NCBI GenBank assembly: GCA_030141605.1
Contig: JAQGDQ010000213.1
Coordinates: forward strand, 1-64,000
Direction: 5' to 3'
DNA: 64,000 nt
From: Tubiluchus corallicola
Lineage: Eukaryota > Animalia > Priapulida
The notes beneath the pieces were generated by a model. The model was not told where the DNA came from. It made no database searches and saw only the letters and a program-made list of their open reading frames with translations. Both the position numbers and the translations under genes were made by a program. Each line of letters opens with the position of its first letter. Within the stretch, counting starts at the first letter, position 1. Positions 1 to 33,600 of this stretch are shown one piece after another.

Positions 1-1505
1 CTAGTGGTAAGAAAAGAGCCGTAGAGCTTGGTTAAAGTGTTACGATTATGGTTAGCAATAACGCCTTGGTTTTGCTTTTAATCAGTTTCACGTGTCTTCG
101 ATTGTAGAAATCAAAATATTGAAGAATTCCATTTTCAATCTTTAAAATTGGCTTTCAGTATGTTATGCCATCTATGAGATCGGAGGTTATAGTTTATCTG
201 TTACATTATTTTAACTAAGATAACGAACCGACCTTTAAATAATTTAGTAAATAAAAAATAATTTAGCATGGTATTATAACCGTAAAAATGAGAACATATT
301 TTCTCGTTATAGAACACAGTAAGGACTCATATGGGATCCCACATTATAACCTAGCTCAATTTTCTTACTCACACGTATCACGGCTCAATTTAATAACAAT
401 TGCTTCTTCTGTCACGTTGAACATTAATATTAATTGAGCATTATGGCCGCATGCACACATTCTGTAACTATATATGAAATTCCCTGACGGTTACTGCTTT
501 TTATTGTCAGCTGTTATTGCGTAGGACAATATTTGCACAGTCAGTAGATGTATATGATATGTCGTATCACCTCTTTTAATGGACGTTCCACGATACAGTA
601 CATGACGAGTGCAGTACAATGAGTACACTTCTTGTAGTAGTACTCCTAAGGGCCGATGACGGATGGCGGACATTATCAGCGATATATGTATAAATGGATG
701 AATTAATCGCTGGCTGGATGAGTAAATAGACTAGTTGAATGATTGCTGACGAAAAAGAACATTATTTATTTAAAAAAACGCTACGTTATAAAATACTTTT
801 TGCCAAGAATCAACCGATTTTTACGAAAAATTCCAAAATGTTATTTATAAATTTTTTTTTTGTAACTGATGTGTCGAGGCTTATATATTATTATATGTTA
901 TAGCAGAGCATGTCAAATAATAGGCTTTGGTTATAGTGATCTGAAGAGAGGAATAAGCGTTTTTTTCGAAACGTCATCGGTTAAAACAAAATCTGCCATA
1001 AATAATATTGTAGGATTTTTGTAAAAAAGCAAAAAAGCAACTTTTAACATTTACCAAATTCACCTCCAGTGTAACAACAACGAACACGTGAAGCAGTTGT
1101 TTTTGTTATTACTTAACGACAACGATAGGTTGTCAGTGGGTAGGCCGTTTGGTTGTCCCTTCGTGTGTGCCGGCGCAATAAAATTAAAAAGATGAACCTA
1201 TAGCCAGCAAACTTTGGACGAAGATAGGTTCTCAAAACTCTACTGCTTTTTGCTTCAAAGGATCAAACGTCAAGATCTCGAGGTCAATCAAAATAAATGT
1301 TTACTCATAGTGGCTTCATGTGAGAGCTTGGGTCTGCTCTTCTCTAGCTTTAGTAGAAATCCATTTAACCTTATTAGAAATCTCAGTTCGGAAATTTCAT
1401 CGGTACGAACCTACATAAACTGTTGGCTATTTTTGAAATATTGCGATTCTTTTAATAAATTGTTTGGTTTATTAGTCGGATAAATATTTTGTTTTCCTTT
1501 TGCAG

Positions 1506-19753
<18,248 letters not shown>

Positions 19754-20434
19754 AGCATTTAATTTGTAATGTTTTTAAATTTATTACTGCTATCTTGTTT
19801 ATATTGATTGTCTACCTACGTGTGCTTGAAAAGAATGCTATGATATCATGATACATTAAAGTACATCTTTTAAATTGTTAAGGATTTAGTTTCTAGCTTT
19901 TTGTATAATTTACAGATATACAACGTTCAATACTGCTAATTAAAGCCAGAGAAGTTGTACGAAATTAAACAACAAAATTGTGCTTGTCATGGATGTTATA
20001 TTGTGGCAAAGCCAAAGCAATGTGGCTAAGCGAAGTAATTTTTGTGTGACGGTAAATAATATAACATAGTCAGAGAAAAAAAATCTCGAATCCGCAAAAT
20101 AGTTTACAGTGCTACTTTATGACCTAATGTGTCCCGTATCACACCGTACCGTGCCGTGCCGTACGGTCAATCTATAAGCCTCTAACGAAGGACCAAAGTG
20201 CTGGACCAAGGCACTTTGACATACCTAAAGTTGTAAGCGCAAATAGCCACGGTTTAGTTCACACTCAAGGCATCAGTTTGGTTTGATGCATACTATATTA
20301 GCAGCACACATTTTAGCATTCACTCATATCACAGTAGAATTCCTCATCTTGATTCCGTACTCTGGAATATATATGTATTATATATAGCGTCTTATCAAAA
20401 AAAGGTCCTGCATTATGCAAAATAATAATAAGAA

Positions 20435-20511
<77 letters not shown>

Positions 20512-20537
20512 ATAATAATAATAATAATAATAATAAT
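20435..20537 (+). repeat. Compound (TAC)n(TAA)n microsatellite
   Basis: A run of TAC units directly followed by TAA units. Confidence 0.98.
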
Positions 20538-20918
20538 ATTAATATTAATAATGACCAATAAAATTATTAAATTTTCCCATTAGACGTCAACACAGTACTG
20601 ATCAATGTCTTGTAATTTAACTGTCCGTGGCAAGTTCGAAGGTATAATTAGGAGCAAATTTACTGTGAATTTTATGAAATATACATATGCTATATTTCAC
20701 AACAGCTGTTACATTAGAGACAAAGTATTCTCAGATACCAAAAACAATAAAATAAAATTCCATTTCCTGTTGTGTTAAAATTATGATTTCTTAATATGGA
20801 TTTTTCAGTTGCTCCGTTGGATCCTAGCCATAAACGGATTTGTTTCTCTCGTTCTCATTTTGTTTTCGTATAATAATGTCACATTAGATCGAGTAACTTC
20901 GTATTCTAAGTACAATAT

Positions 20919-21665
20919 TTGGACCTAAACCGGTAAAGAAAGAAAGAAAAAACAAAGACAAGAGTTATTTACCATCGCTTATTGAACAGACAGCATTAGC
21001 ACAATGGCTATTTAGCGACTTATAACAATAAAGGTAAGGGCGAAGCACGCAAAATATAATAACGAATAACGTGTTATGTATATATGTCCTGGCGTTGGCA
21101 AGCGCTAGTCTCGAACTCAAAATTACAGCCACTAAGGGCTACTGGGTCTGTATGTTGTTTTTCTCGCTCGTGTTGTTGTTCTTGTTGGGAATGCCAAAAA
21201 AGCGTAAGGCACAGTAAATTTGCAATAGAGTCATGAAATTCACACGGATATACTAGAACGAATTCTGCATCGACAGATAAAGTTGAATTTTCGATCGACT
21301 ATTTTGAATTCAAGGTGGCGGAAATAATATCAATTTCGAAAAAAGTTTAAGGCACCACCAATTTGCAATGGATCGCCAAGAAACTTTGCAGGAATATACT
21401 AGAATGAATTCTGCATCGATTGATAGAGACAGACTCGGATTTTCGGTTTGCCATCTTAAATTCAACATGGCGACATTGACGTCATTTCTAATCCACGGTA
21501 TTGAGTTCAGCGAGGTTCTCGATCAATAGTTCGAGTCGAACTTGTTATGATAAAACGGATGCTATGACAACATTAAATTAAGTTCTAAACGGCATATCCA
21601 GGCGCAGTTGGGCAGAAAAAACTCAATAAACGAGTAACTCAATGCTTTGCATTCCGGTCCAATTT
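20919..21665 (+). mobile_element. Putative Helentron-associated non-autonomous element (HINE) with two ~143-bp internal tandem units
   Basis: Units start at TAAGGCAC (21205, 21348) and share ATATACTAGAAnGAATTCTGCATCGA and AATTCAAnnTGGCG. Short inverted motifs TTGGACC (20919) and GGTCCAA (21656) bound it, with a 3' palindrome AATGCTTTGCATT (21641-21653) and T-rich flanks. Confidence 0.5.
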
Positions 21666-23267
21666 ATTTATAGGTTTTATGAGAGATGCATGGGCAATTT
21701 CTATATGACTGTGGTATAATTGTATCTTTATAACATGTATAAACCTTACGTAGCTAACGAGTATTGTGAAAACTCAAACTTTATGCGTTATTAATAATCA
21801 TAATGTATTGCTTAGTTTCATTTAACGTACAGCCCACAGAATTTGTAAATAACAATTCTTTTAGTTCATTTCTATGTGTATGTTTAATTTTGTACGTATT
21901 TTTAAGCGCTTATAACAATTATTAAGTTTTTGCAGTTCATGCTCACTAAGCCTATTGTTATGAATTGCATTGTTATTTGCCCGCTTTGTACATGTACTCT
22001 ATTTGTCGTGGCAGACATTTTTACAAGTTATAATTTTATGAACACTGAAGTGGCATCTTTATATCATACTACAATTATATAATTTTTTGACAAAGTGTAA
22101 TTAATAAACGATATAAACTTCTTATTCATTTACCCATTTACTTTCTTAACAGAACACAATAAAGTTCAACAAAACGATATCGCAATTGTCATTACATGGA
22201 GCTAGTAGCCAATAGTACACTCTACATACATTCAGTGATTTGTACCCAATGATACTGCAACTTGTACACCGTGTAACTGTGAAAAACATTCTAAGTAAAA
22301 TGAAAAACGTAAACGTAACTACAGATGCTTTCTAAGAGGAAAGCATGTATATACGCACAATGAATGATTGGTCACTACACATTACCTTATAATTAACTGC
22401 AAGTATATTACTAAAAATTGTCATTTTCTAATTTGTACAGTGATTACCATATGACAGTAGACAATGTTAGTTGATTTTCTCGCTATCTGAAAGTCCAAAA
22501 ACATCCCACTTAATTTGTTACACTTTTTAGAGGCAAACGTTTTGTATCAATAAGAAAATTTTGATTATTCTGCGTTAACAATATCGTATTGAATACAAGG
22601 TGCTCAACTATTACAATATTGCGGTTTGAAAGAATTCACTGCATAAACTGACTGCGACATCCATTGATACGTTATTGTAGTCTGATAAAGTTTCACTGTA
22701 CGATCACTTTCTAATTTGAATAATGGACATATTAAAATTACAAAGTTGTTTTTGATAAAACTTTAGATGAATTTTTAAATTTGCAAGATAATTATTCATT
22801 AAATTATTTAAGTTTAGCCAATTTTCGGCAATTTACAATCATTCGTTTTCTCATTAATGTCTGCGTACCACTTTAATCTCACGTTTCCACAAAATAACAT
22901 CAATCAGAACTCAAATTTGTGAAGGTTAGAATCACAGCAAATTTATTTTTCTTTCTTTTTTCTGTTGTACAACAGCATAATTATTCTTATAAAAAATTAC
23001 AAGTGTCGATTATTTACTTTTAATAATTCGTATTATTGTGATATTTCCATGCCGGTTATTTCTCTTCTTTAATCTTTGCCGTTAATCGGTAAACTAGAAG
23101 GTGTGTTGAAGTGTACAAAAAATTTCAACTCAGGCCTATGTCGTATCTAAGTTTATGCCATTGATGAATGCCCTGAAACGTCGTGCTTTTCAGCCTTTGA
23201 CTATTTCTGTTTTCCCACTTTGAACGTAGTTAATGATGGAGTTTATAACACAATGGATTCACCTTTT

Positions 23268-25758
23268 TTATGCTAAAAGAACTTGAATTGCCATAGACAG
23301 TGTTATACATAAGCCAACTGTAAAAGCCAAAGCTCGACTTGGCTGTGGAATCGAGTGTTGATAAAATATTGTGTGCAAGAATCGTGATCCGACGAAAATT
23401 CGGAAGTGCCAGAAAGCGACTATCGGGTCAGGTTTGATGGCTGTGTAAAAACTTCCGATGATAACGAATGGGATGATGTTCTCTATGTCATTCAAGTGGT
23501 TTCTGTAATAGAAATGATAAAAAAGTTTAAGCCTGGAAAAATAAATCGTAGACAAAGCACTAATAGTTAGAATTAATTTCATACGGAGATCCATTGTTTG
23601 TGTGATAGACAAGTAAGGATACACCAGGTAAACGCTAAACCATCACGGTCAAGGCCAAGTAACGTAGGTATATAGACGTCAGCCTATCTTGACCAAACAG
23701 AAGCTTGTTCAGACTGACAAGTCTAGAGAGAAACTGCCAATGAGCTACCGAAGCTAGCTTCTAAAGGGAAAGTGCTTTCTTTAAAGTGATTTTTTTCTAT
23801 TATACAACTTTCTTAATTTTACTGCCTACACTTCAACTGGCACTTGAACGAATAGGATATTGGTTCAACTGGTCAGGATTAGTTTCAAAGACGGTATTAG
23901 CTAGAATGGATTGAGAATTCAACATAGTATTTTTTCATTGATAGGTGCATTTGATTATGTACATTAGTCGTTACATTCATTCATGAATCCATGTACGTGT
24001 AGGTTTACTAACCAACTTTACTCGAACAGATTTCTTTTTAGTTTGTATCGAGTTATCAACAGGGAGTGACTTGAATTCCACCCAGTATTTGATTATAAAA
24101 TATCTAGTATCGAAATTAGACAGTTCTGGGTCTGATGACGTGCAGATGGAATGGACGCAGCCCGACGCAGTTTAATCGCTTAGAACCTATAATTGTATTA
24201 ATTTAATGACACAACGTAATAATAAAAAGTTTCTCTTTAATAAAAAGTAATAATAATAAAAAGTAGTAACGATAAAACGGAAACTGAAACTGCATTTTCA
24301 AATATCGTATCGCGTTTTTGCGCAAGGAATTAAAGTGCGGCACAATAATTAGCTTGTTGAAAAAAGTGTAACAAAAGCACTGCTTAGTTGTTAGTTGTGA
24401 TATAGTAAGATTACAAACCTTCTAATGCGTTCCACGTCGGGGTCGTTGTAAATTGGCTTCAGACCTTCCTTGACGTATTTACAGTCAACTTCAGTTGCAA
24501 AAACCTGTTTGAATTATAGCAATAACCTTTTTTAATATATATAATAGTAAATAAACAATTTTTAATTGTTTGGTTATTGTTAACTGTATCTGTATACAGT
24601 ATTTACTTTTGGTTTTGTTCTTAAAATAGATGTAAAATAAATTTAGTTTATTTTAGAATACAGCTATATCTACAGCTTAAAGTAGTTGTCACTTATACCT
24701 ACAGAAGGGCGTAAAAATATGTTTCGATACCACATATGTCGTATTGCGCTGTGCTACACGATATATCTTACGACATGCTATTATGTTACATTACTCTATA
24801 TTATACTATGCTGTGCTATGTTACGCTACGTGACGTGATTTCATCTATATTCACCAGAATTAATGCTTCTCATTGTAGCATGTTTCAAGTGTCTAATATG
24901 TCGCTTTGTTTTGCAGTACATGCTATATTATTATCATTATTTACATCATTTATTTTCATACACACATGTACACTTTTTACGTTAAGTTTACATAAGTGGT
25001 TTAATTAAAAAAAATTAGTAGACTGGTAGTAAAAGTAAAAATAAATATTAAACACTGACAACAACAACAAAAAACAAGCACTGATATTACTTACATAAAA
25101 GAAGATACAGCAATTAATTTAAAAAGATATTACATATTCTAATCTCTCTAATAAAAAATACTTTGATAAAAATTCCAGTTTTCAATACAATTTATACAAT
25201 CTTTTCCTAAGACTGGAACTTAACTCGCATCTTTTTACAATTTTGCGAGATAATACATGAAAATATCTAAATGCATCTTCTAGAGTAACATTATTTTCTA
25301 TAGCAAAATTTTGTACAAATTGAAGCCCATGATTGAGTTTAGATCATATGTTTGCCTGCTTGTATATAAGCTTAACTCGGATCGAAGGGGAAAATCTTTT
25401 TAATTTTTTTTCTAAACATAAATGTTGTATATGAGGTAATGAGTATGTATGAGGTAGTGCGTGGCATAGCTCAATTAAGGAAAATTTAGTCTCGGTGAGC
25501 GTTAAGGGAATTTTTCTCTTACACCCAAAGCTACCTAAGAGCATAAAGCTTCTGAACTTTTGCATCTCCTAAACTCAAGCTGTAAAATGTTTATGATCTT
25601 GGAAATACACAGATACACAAAACGCAGTTACATACCTGTTTTGCTATTCTCGTTTTAGACGTCATAAATGCCAACGCCATCATTTTCAAAACGACGACAG
25701 TGGAATAAAAAGCAAAGTTGGCAAACACTTCATTATCCATTGAGAACGCAGACTCCAT
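23268..25758 (-). CDS. MGST1: Microsomal glutathione S-transferase 1-like (MAPEG family), 147 aa
   Basis: Exons 25758-25636 (MESAFSMDNEVFANFAFYSTVVVLKMMALAFMTSKTRIAKQ), 24504-24419 (VFATEVDC...DPDVERIRR) and 23502-23268 (NHLNDIENIIPF...HFRIFVGSRFLHT...PQPSRALAF). GT-AG, 444 nt. MAPEG signature 'VERIRRNHLNDIEN'. Confidence 0.92.
25188..25565 (-). mobile_element. Decayed LINE ORF2-like fragment in MGST1 intron 1
   Basis: The frame continues through one TGA: ...RVKLIYKQANI*SKLNHGLQF...RLYKLY. This resembles the post-RT 'LYKxxIRSKLDYG' segment of non-LTR retrotransposons. Confidence 0.35.
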
Positions 25759-27638
25759 TCTTACTTCTGATTGTGGTAAAGCCGATCAGTATATGCAAAC
25801 TGCGACGCCAAGCACTTTAAATTCAAAAATACTGTAATTTGTAAAATGGATTAGCGGTCAACAAGAATTTCTCATCAAGGAGTTCCTATACTAGGTTATA
25901 TAAATTAGGTTAATCATGGTATAAAGTTCAATACAATACTTGATAAAAACAAAGATTAGGCGTGTGACCTTTAACCGTAAAACGATCTCATGTGCATTAT
26001 GATCTGCATTCCAAACTCCAAAGTGGCGTTTATGTAGCTTACGGATGCGAATTCGTTTTGGGGTTGAGGAATTTACAAAATAGGTGCATATTGTTGTCAA
26101 TGTACCCGTTTATGGGCTGCGGGGCATTATTCTTTTTCTGCAGCTATTTCCTATTGATTTTTCCACAGGCTATTCCGCAAGAGAGTGAGAGAGACAAAGA
26201 GAGAGAGAGAGGCACAGAGTGGGAAAGAGAGAGACCAAATGAAAATGTATATGCTTTTGGCGCTTGCCAAAACATGTAGAAGCTATGTAGAACCTAGCAC
26301 TTGACAGCAGGACTTTCTTAATTAAGCATAGTCCTCAGAGATTAGACAATGTATCAGAGTTGTAACCGAAAGATATAATGGCAGATCAGATGCAGTTTAC
26401 TAGCAGTCATCCAGTCAGTTTAGGCTTTCATAGCTGCTCAACTTTCACAGCCTAGTGTGTGCAGTTACCACTCAACTGTTAATCTCACACCAAAGGCATT
26501 AGAAAATACAAGTAAATGCAAACTGTTTTTGTGGACAAAATGAATGATGGATGTCAGACTCTACCACTTTCACACTGAATGGAGTAAAAACTCGTTACAT
26601 CACTGAAGTCAATATGGTATGTATGTAATACTTAATTTATTGACAGAAGTTGCTAATCACTGTTTTGCTGTCTCTTACTGCTGTCACATAGACATATTTA
26701 CATTAAGAATATTATAAAAACATTAAAACTAATTTGCTTTAAGCAACTCACAAAAAATCACCACTCAGAATATAACAGACAATAGGTGATTTATTCAAAA
26801 AATAAAATTTATTTACGTAGAAACTGTAGAAAAAAGGAACAGTCAAAACATCGCCAAGAAGCATTCGAAAAATGATATTCAAAAATTATCAACAAAAATA
26901 ACATGACAATGCTTTACTTGGAATAATACTAAAACATATAACGAACAAATTCTCAAAAAATTGGGGTGCCTGGTTACCATAAGTACAAACAGGCTATAAA
27001 TGTAGCTTGTTCAAATTACTCAAACAGTCAGCAACCGTCCTGTATATCAGCTACAGTTACAGTTTATGATAAAATCTCATTTGAATATACTCCTGCTTTA
27101 CAAAATATGTAACCGCTGTGTGACTAAATTCCAAGATTTAAGCAAGTGCTAAGCAAGATCTAAGCAACACTCTTTATGCTTATAGTAAGATTAGTATTTT
27201 AATTTTGTTTGTGAATACAAAAACAAAATTCCAGCTTCAGCACAAATTCCAAATTCAGTGCACAATATTGAAATTAAATGTTGTTTAAGAATTAATATGA
27301 ACAGTAGACATTTTCTTAACCCGGTTACACTGCCCAGTATTATATTAGTTTCATATAACTTACAGTGTATTGATATTATTTGAAGCCAAAATACTTTTAG
27401 AATATTAACTGTAATTTCATTGTTAAAAACTTCATCATTCTTACAGCACTAGCTAACTGTCAAGTCCACAGTTAATTTTGCATAACATGAATATCTCCAA
27501 TAACAATTTTGGCTGGCTATCTTTTACGCATCAAAAAACCTTAATTTGAGGGATCTTGAAGATCTTTGAAATAATCAGGCTGCAATAGTAGTTTCAGAAA
27601 TTACTCGAGTACTTCGATTCTTGTAGTTAAAATCAACA

Positions 27639-30600
27639 TCATGATGTTAGATCGATCGACCTTGCTCCTTGTGAAGGTAACGCAACATAAAATGTGGGTG
27701 ATCCTGTGTACTTATCCTATACCAAAAAAGAGTGTAATTTGTGCCTGTAGTTTTTTATAGTTACTAAATGATGACAACATATTTACAAATTTTATTTGTT
27801 TACCGACTATACTGTATTCACACACTGAGCAAGTAAAGCATGCGCGAACACTGCACATGCCCTGATTTTTGGAAATCTTAGCGATTAAAGCAAGTGCATA
27901 TAAGTGAAAAAATGATATCAAAATGATGGTAACTACCTTTATGAGTTTTTTTACTATTTCCAGACATTTCCTTTGGACTAGAGTGACTGTGCAGCCACCA
28001 AAACCTGCACCTGTCATTCGAGACCCATGGACTCCATCAACGCCTGTTACAATCTCAACCAGCTGGTCTAATTCTGAGCAAGATACTTCGTAGTCATGCC
28101 TGAAAATACGAAGCAAATTAAATAGAGCAATAAATCGACTTGTCTGGCACAGAAGACAATTGTGGCAACTATAATACTAAATTCTCTGTCAGTGTTCATA
28201 GTTTTGTGACTCTCCAGGAATGTCAGCTATCACACTTGGGAATACAGTTGACACTTCAGCAGTGTATTTTTTGCATTCCGATTTCAAAACATATTTCTTT
28301 GTGACAGTGTTAGAGCTTAACTATGCACTATTTTATCAAAATACAAGTTATAGTTTAAAATTTCACACTAAATGTAATATTTAGGTTTTCATCAATCATA
28401 CAGCCAGGTGACTGGAATAAAATCAGCATCGCAATACGAAAAGTTCAGTCAATAATAAACATTTATATTTCATGTACCTGAGTGAATGATGACTAGCAAA
28501 CATAAGTGAACCAAATGCTTTATAATCTCCCCTTTCCAAGAATGAAACTGCATTAACTGTTCTCTGAATTTCGGTTATAACGTGTTTGGCTCTTTTATAA
28601 ACTTCGGGTGATATGCTATCCTTAATTGCTGCAATAACAAAACAAAATTGTAATGACAATAAAGATCAATGAACATGTACTTGAAATTCGTGCCAATGTA
28701 ATTTAAAAGAAAACCGAACGATTGTGTCAGCATTAGTCCAGAACAAAGAAAACTCTAAAATGTTGAAAACTACAATAGCTTTTTTTGAATCAAAGTTTAC
28801 ATTAAATAATGATGACCTCGGATACTCAAATTTCATTAATTTCCAAAGCTACGCGTGGCTCAGTGAATCTACTAAGATTGCCAAGGGCCCCTTTTTGTCA
28901 CATGCACATGGCCAACAAATAGAAGGCGGCACCGTGATAACCATGATCATGAGCTGCAGTGTTAGGTTCTGACGCCATATGATGTAGAGCCCATCACGCA
29001 TTTAAGCAGTACTGTAAAATGTATGCAAACGTGCTTGACGTGCAAGGGAAGATGCCTGTTATTGCACAAACTGTGGTTAGCTTCTGATGTAAGCAATAGC
29101 TGCATTCAGTTGTCGTTAATTATTCATATATAAAAAACAAACGCTAACTTTTATAGGCAAGAAAATGTCTATTTTGGACAGTAAATTAAAATGAGACTGA
29201 GTATAAACAATCATCCAGTTTTCCTTTAAATGTTTTCAAAATTAGCTTCAAAATATGAATTTGAACAATGACAAATTTTACCATAAATCTACCACAAGGC
29301 ATTACTTTCTGAATTTAATCAGACAGTATTGATTCCCAAGCTGCATAACATAAATAAAGCACTACTAAACTAGCAGAAGTGACAGATGCCATAGCCAGGC
29401 TAGCCCTATTTATGGCTACATTTTACTCAAAATGTATTCAATGTTGGTGATTCAGAGAGCACAGTATATAGCATATGTCCCAGTACCAACTAAGTTATGA
29501 ATCTTTGGAGCATATCACAACTTTTAATGGCATTTACAGTTAGCTAAAAGAAATTCCTTTTATCATGTGGTCATTGCTTTCACAATTACCCTCAACTGAT
29601 AAAAGGTCAATTTGTGTACTTATGTGTACTTGTGTAGTCGATCTAAGACCACCAACAACTGTACAATAACATAATCTTTCACAGAGTCAAGTAATGCTCT
29701 GCACAATATACTCAACAGCACCTTCTAGTTCTTCTAAAGTAGCATCTCGCAAACTATCCTTTTGAAGGACTCTAGCTGCCTCCTCACACTGTCGTCGCCT
29801 GGTGGGATATTCACTTCCAGTCAGTTTGTGTTTAACATTGCAGTTTGTGACTAACAAAGCAATGCTGGGATCTTTCCAGGGTACAGACTGACATTCCATT
29901 GACCTGTCATTACACATGAAAAAATTAATGTTGAATATTTTTTGGTACCTGCTCCATGATTCTACTACTAAGCAGAAACAGTCTACTGCTCAAGTGAGCA
30001 CAGGAATCTATTTTCATAGTTGTTTTGGTCAGTGGGTAAGTTCTAGCAAATATGTGTAGTTATAATCCTTATCTGGAAAGGATCCCTTATCATTGAGAGG
30101 TTAGACATTGTGCTGTCATTCGAAGGATTGACGTCAAAACATATTGGTCTATCGCTAAGCCCCCCCTCCCCGCTGCATCGTAAACACGCTCAGCAGCATT
30201 CGGGACAACAGCTCATGCAGGACAACTGTCTAAGCTAAACTACACTAAACTAAACAACATGACAGTCACAATTAATGTCTAATCGGCAGATAAACAGATT
30301 GCCCTTTTTCATAAACACAAATTTGCAGAGCAGCAGCTATTTTAACATGAAACTAACACTTCAAGCAGCAAAAAATGACTTTTCAACTTAAACACAAGGT
30401 AGAGGTGAAGTTTCAAAGCATTACAAAATACAGGAACATAAATATAATAAAAAATCTAAGCCAGTTAGCCTTGTTTTACAATAAATGAGCAACAAAAATA
30501 TTAAGTCTCTCTTGCCTTTAAACATACAAACATCAAGCCTGCAATGTATTTTTCCATGTTAACTGATCATGCGCTCGTCTGCAAGATTTATTAAGGTTTG

Positions 30601-33600
30601 TATTTTTCCGGTTGTCAGGCTTCGGAAATGGAATAAATTTGACTGTTCCATGCCATAGGCGACCCTTATATTGAATACCTGAGTCACATAAGTCCCAATG
30701 GTATCCTTTAACCTTGATTATAAGCAGAAAAATAGCGTAACATTATCTAATATTACACAGACGTATAATATAAGTTTTGACCAAATTTGAATCAATTTTG
30801 ACTGTGATCTCATCGAGGTTTATAGGAACTGGCCAGAAAAGAAAACATTTTGTTTTGTCCTTATTTAAAGTCAATTAAATAGTTGTTTTTATCTAACTTG
30901 CTAAGCATAAACTAAACTAAACTGCGTATTTTCTTGATTGCAAAATGGTTTAATCAGCAACTCAAAGAAGTAAGCATTGTGCATTTCTTCCTATAAACGA
31001 CACTAAACTATATTAACTCCACTGATTCACTTGCAATTTCAATTGACAATAATAAAATCTAGAACAAGGCCAATATTTCTCCCGCTAACTAATGAAAAGT
31101 TGAGCATTATTCATAACAGTTTAGACGGAGCTGTAGCTTAATGTCCCGAACATACCTGCTGCAGGGGTGTATGAAACAACTTGCACGCTGATTAGGCAGT
31201 CAACGAAAATGATTGACATTATGTTAGACGTCAATTGTGATACTGTTGTAGTTATGACTGTTATCAGTTTCTTGTCATCCAGTATTCATGTTATAAATAC
31301 CTGGGTTGAAGAACTCATTTTTACTTTGCTGCGAGATTTGTACAGCAAGCCATATGTGCGTAAATTAGTTTTGATCTTTAGATACAAGACTTACCAGTGT
31401 GGTTTACTTTACACAATGATGTTTCACACAGTATGCCACATTGCACCTTAATGGCAGCTTTGTGGCTTTAATTATGTGAGATGATTTTTAACTAAGCAAG
31501 CCAAAAACTAACGCAACTGATCAAAAATTACTTTGCAGCGGTTATAACATGAAGACCAGGACAAAATTATAAAAATACTCCGATCAGTGTGATGACAAAT
31601 TGATAACGCTATAAATAAGTTATTAATATTTAGTGAAATCACTATAATGGTCAGTATATTTATAGATATTAGAATATTGTCGAATTAACATAATCTATAA
31701 AGGTAGAATCAGACAGCTGATGTATTTAATAAAAATACAGACATAGCAGTACATGACAAAAAAATAATCTACCTGATCACTCAGATTTTACATTGAATGC
31801 ATCTAAAAAATTAAGTTAACTGCCTTTCACGTTAGATGAGGACAAAAGGACACACTGAAAAATATATTTAGTTATCATCAGATATTGAAATCTTGCTGTC
31901 ACATAAATTTAAAAATAAACCAATAACATAATGAAGTTACTGAATCAAGCAGACAAGCAAGACATATATTACAAGGTTTTGTACATCGCAACTCACCTAC
32001 AATCTATTAGCAATGCATGTCCATCCACAGCCATAAAAGATATAAACTGATCCATAATTCCACAAGGCATTCCTCCATACTCATGCTCTGCCTTTTGACA
32101 TGCCAGTGCTTTATCTTTCATTCCAAAACTCTAAACAAGAAAAACAATTGTATTCATTTCTTATCTTCACATGAATTGTTAAAATTAGGATTACCTTTAG
32201 AATTGGAAATCTAAACTAAAAATTGGGCAAATAACATATTTCTTGAAATAAATTAATTAACCGATTCACGAGCTTTACATTTTCACAAAAAATAAAGAAC
32301 ATAGAATATAAGAGTGTAAAAATAAATAACATTTTATAGTCAAATATTTTAGCTACATAAATACATCCAACTATTTGTGCAACAGTTGGTAAACCTTGTC
32401 TGAGTTTGTACATGCTCACCCCAGAATCTGGAGAAATGCAGTCTAAAAATGTGTAAGTAGCAACTTCCAGTGCAGCAGAACTTGATAGACCACCACCTAG
32501 AGGAACTGAGCTTGCGATAAAGGCATTGAATGATTTAAGCTTGCCTAAAAAAATTCGTTGCAAGGTTACATTACACAATAATGAAAAATCAGCATTCTAC
32601 CAGTTTTGCAGCCTGCCGATAATCATGGTAGAGGCTTGTACAGAGTGACAAAATCTTGGAATTGTTAATTAAAGTACAATAGTTTCTATTTAAACAATAA
32701 TAATTTCATGAATAGTATATGTAACTTTGTCTACAGGAGAATTTTACCTAAACATTTAAAACTAAATTAAAAATAAGATAGAATTGCAAGCTGAACATGC
32801 ATTGCACCTGCAGCTCTTCAGATGTGTCTAAGGTCCATTTCACAGTAAGGGTGCGCAGCAAAATCCTTCAAGGAAAAATTCCTTGCAGCATTCCTTATAA
32901 AAATGGAACCAATTGCTTTCTATGGTGCGTTTCACAAAGGTGCCTCACGAGGATTTTTCTCATGGAATTCCTTATTTACCGTACAGAATTCTGTTACCAG
33001 CTAGAAACTTTGCATCCTCCTCACGTGGAAATTTGCCATTTGGTGGAAAAATTGCATGTTCCATTTTTGTGAGGATTCCTCGCAGAATTCACATGAAAAT
33101 TTAACTGCTCGATTATTTCTTTCTTGTTTAACAAACAGCAATTAACATTATTCAGCATAAAGTTGTAGTTTTTAATATTTCTTTTGTCATACAGACAATT
33201 TTTTGTCTTATTAATGCAACAGTGATGGCTATATTAGTGAAAAAGAAAAGTAATGCAGGCATTTTTCAAATTTTGGTCAAAAAACAATCAGATCTGACAT
33301 CATATGACCTCTAATGCTAAACATTTTACATCATTGTTAGAGAATGAAAACTTGTTACAACATTGTAAATTGTACCTTATGGAGATCAAAAAAGTTCATG
33401 AAGCCATTTTGGATGACAATCGGATTATAAGCGAGTCTTTGTCTGGCAAATTAACTCTGTTTATGAAAAAAATGAATCCAGAACCCAGAGCTTATTTTAA
33501 TTTTCCATATCATAAGTAAAATGTTCATATTTTCCATCTCCACAAACACAAAAGTTTAAGAACGTTTACTTATTTTAGGAATGTTAGCCTCCTTAAAATC

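Noticed and set aside
1214-1483. ORF upstream of the first RGS exon as a possible first coding exon
   Set aside because: Non-ATG start, no R7 N-terminal similarity and no convincing in-phase donor.
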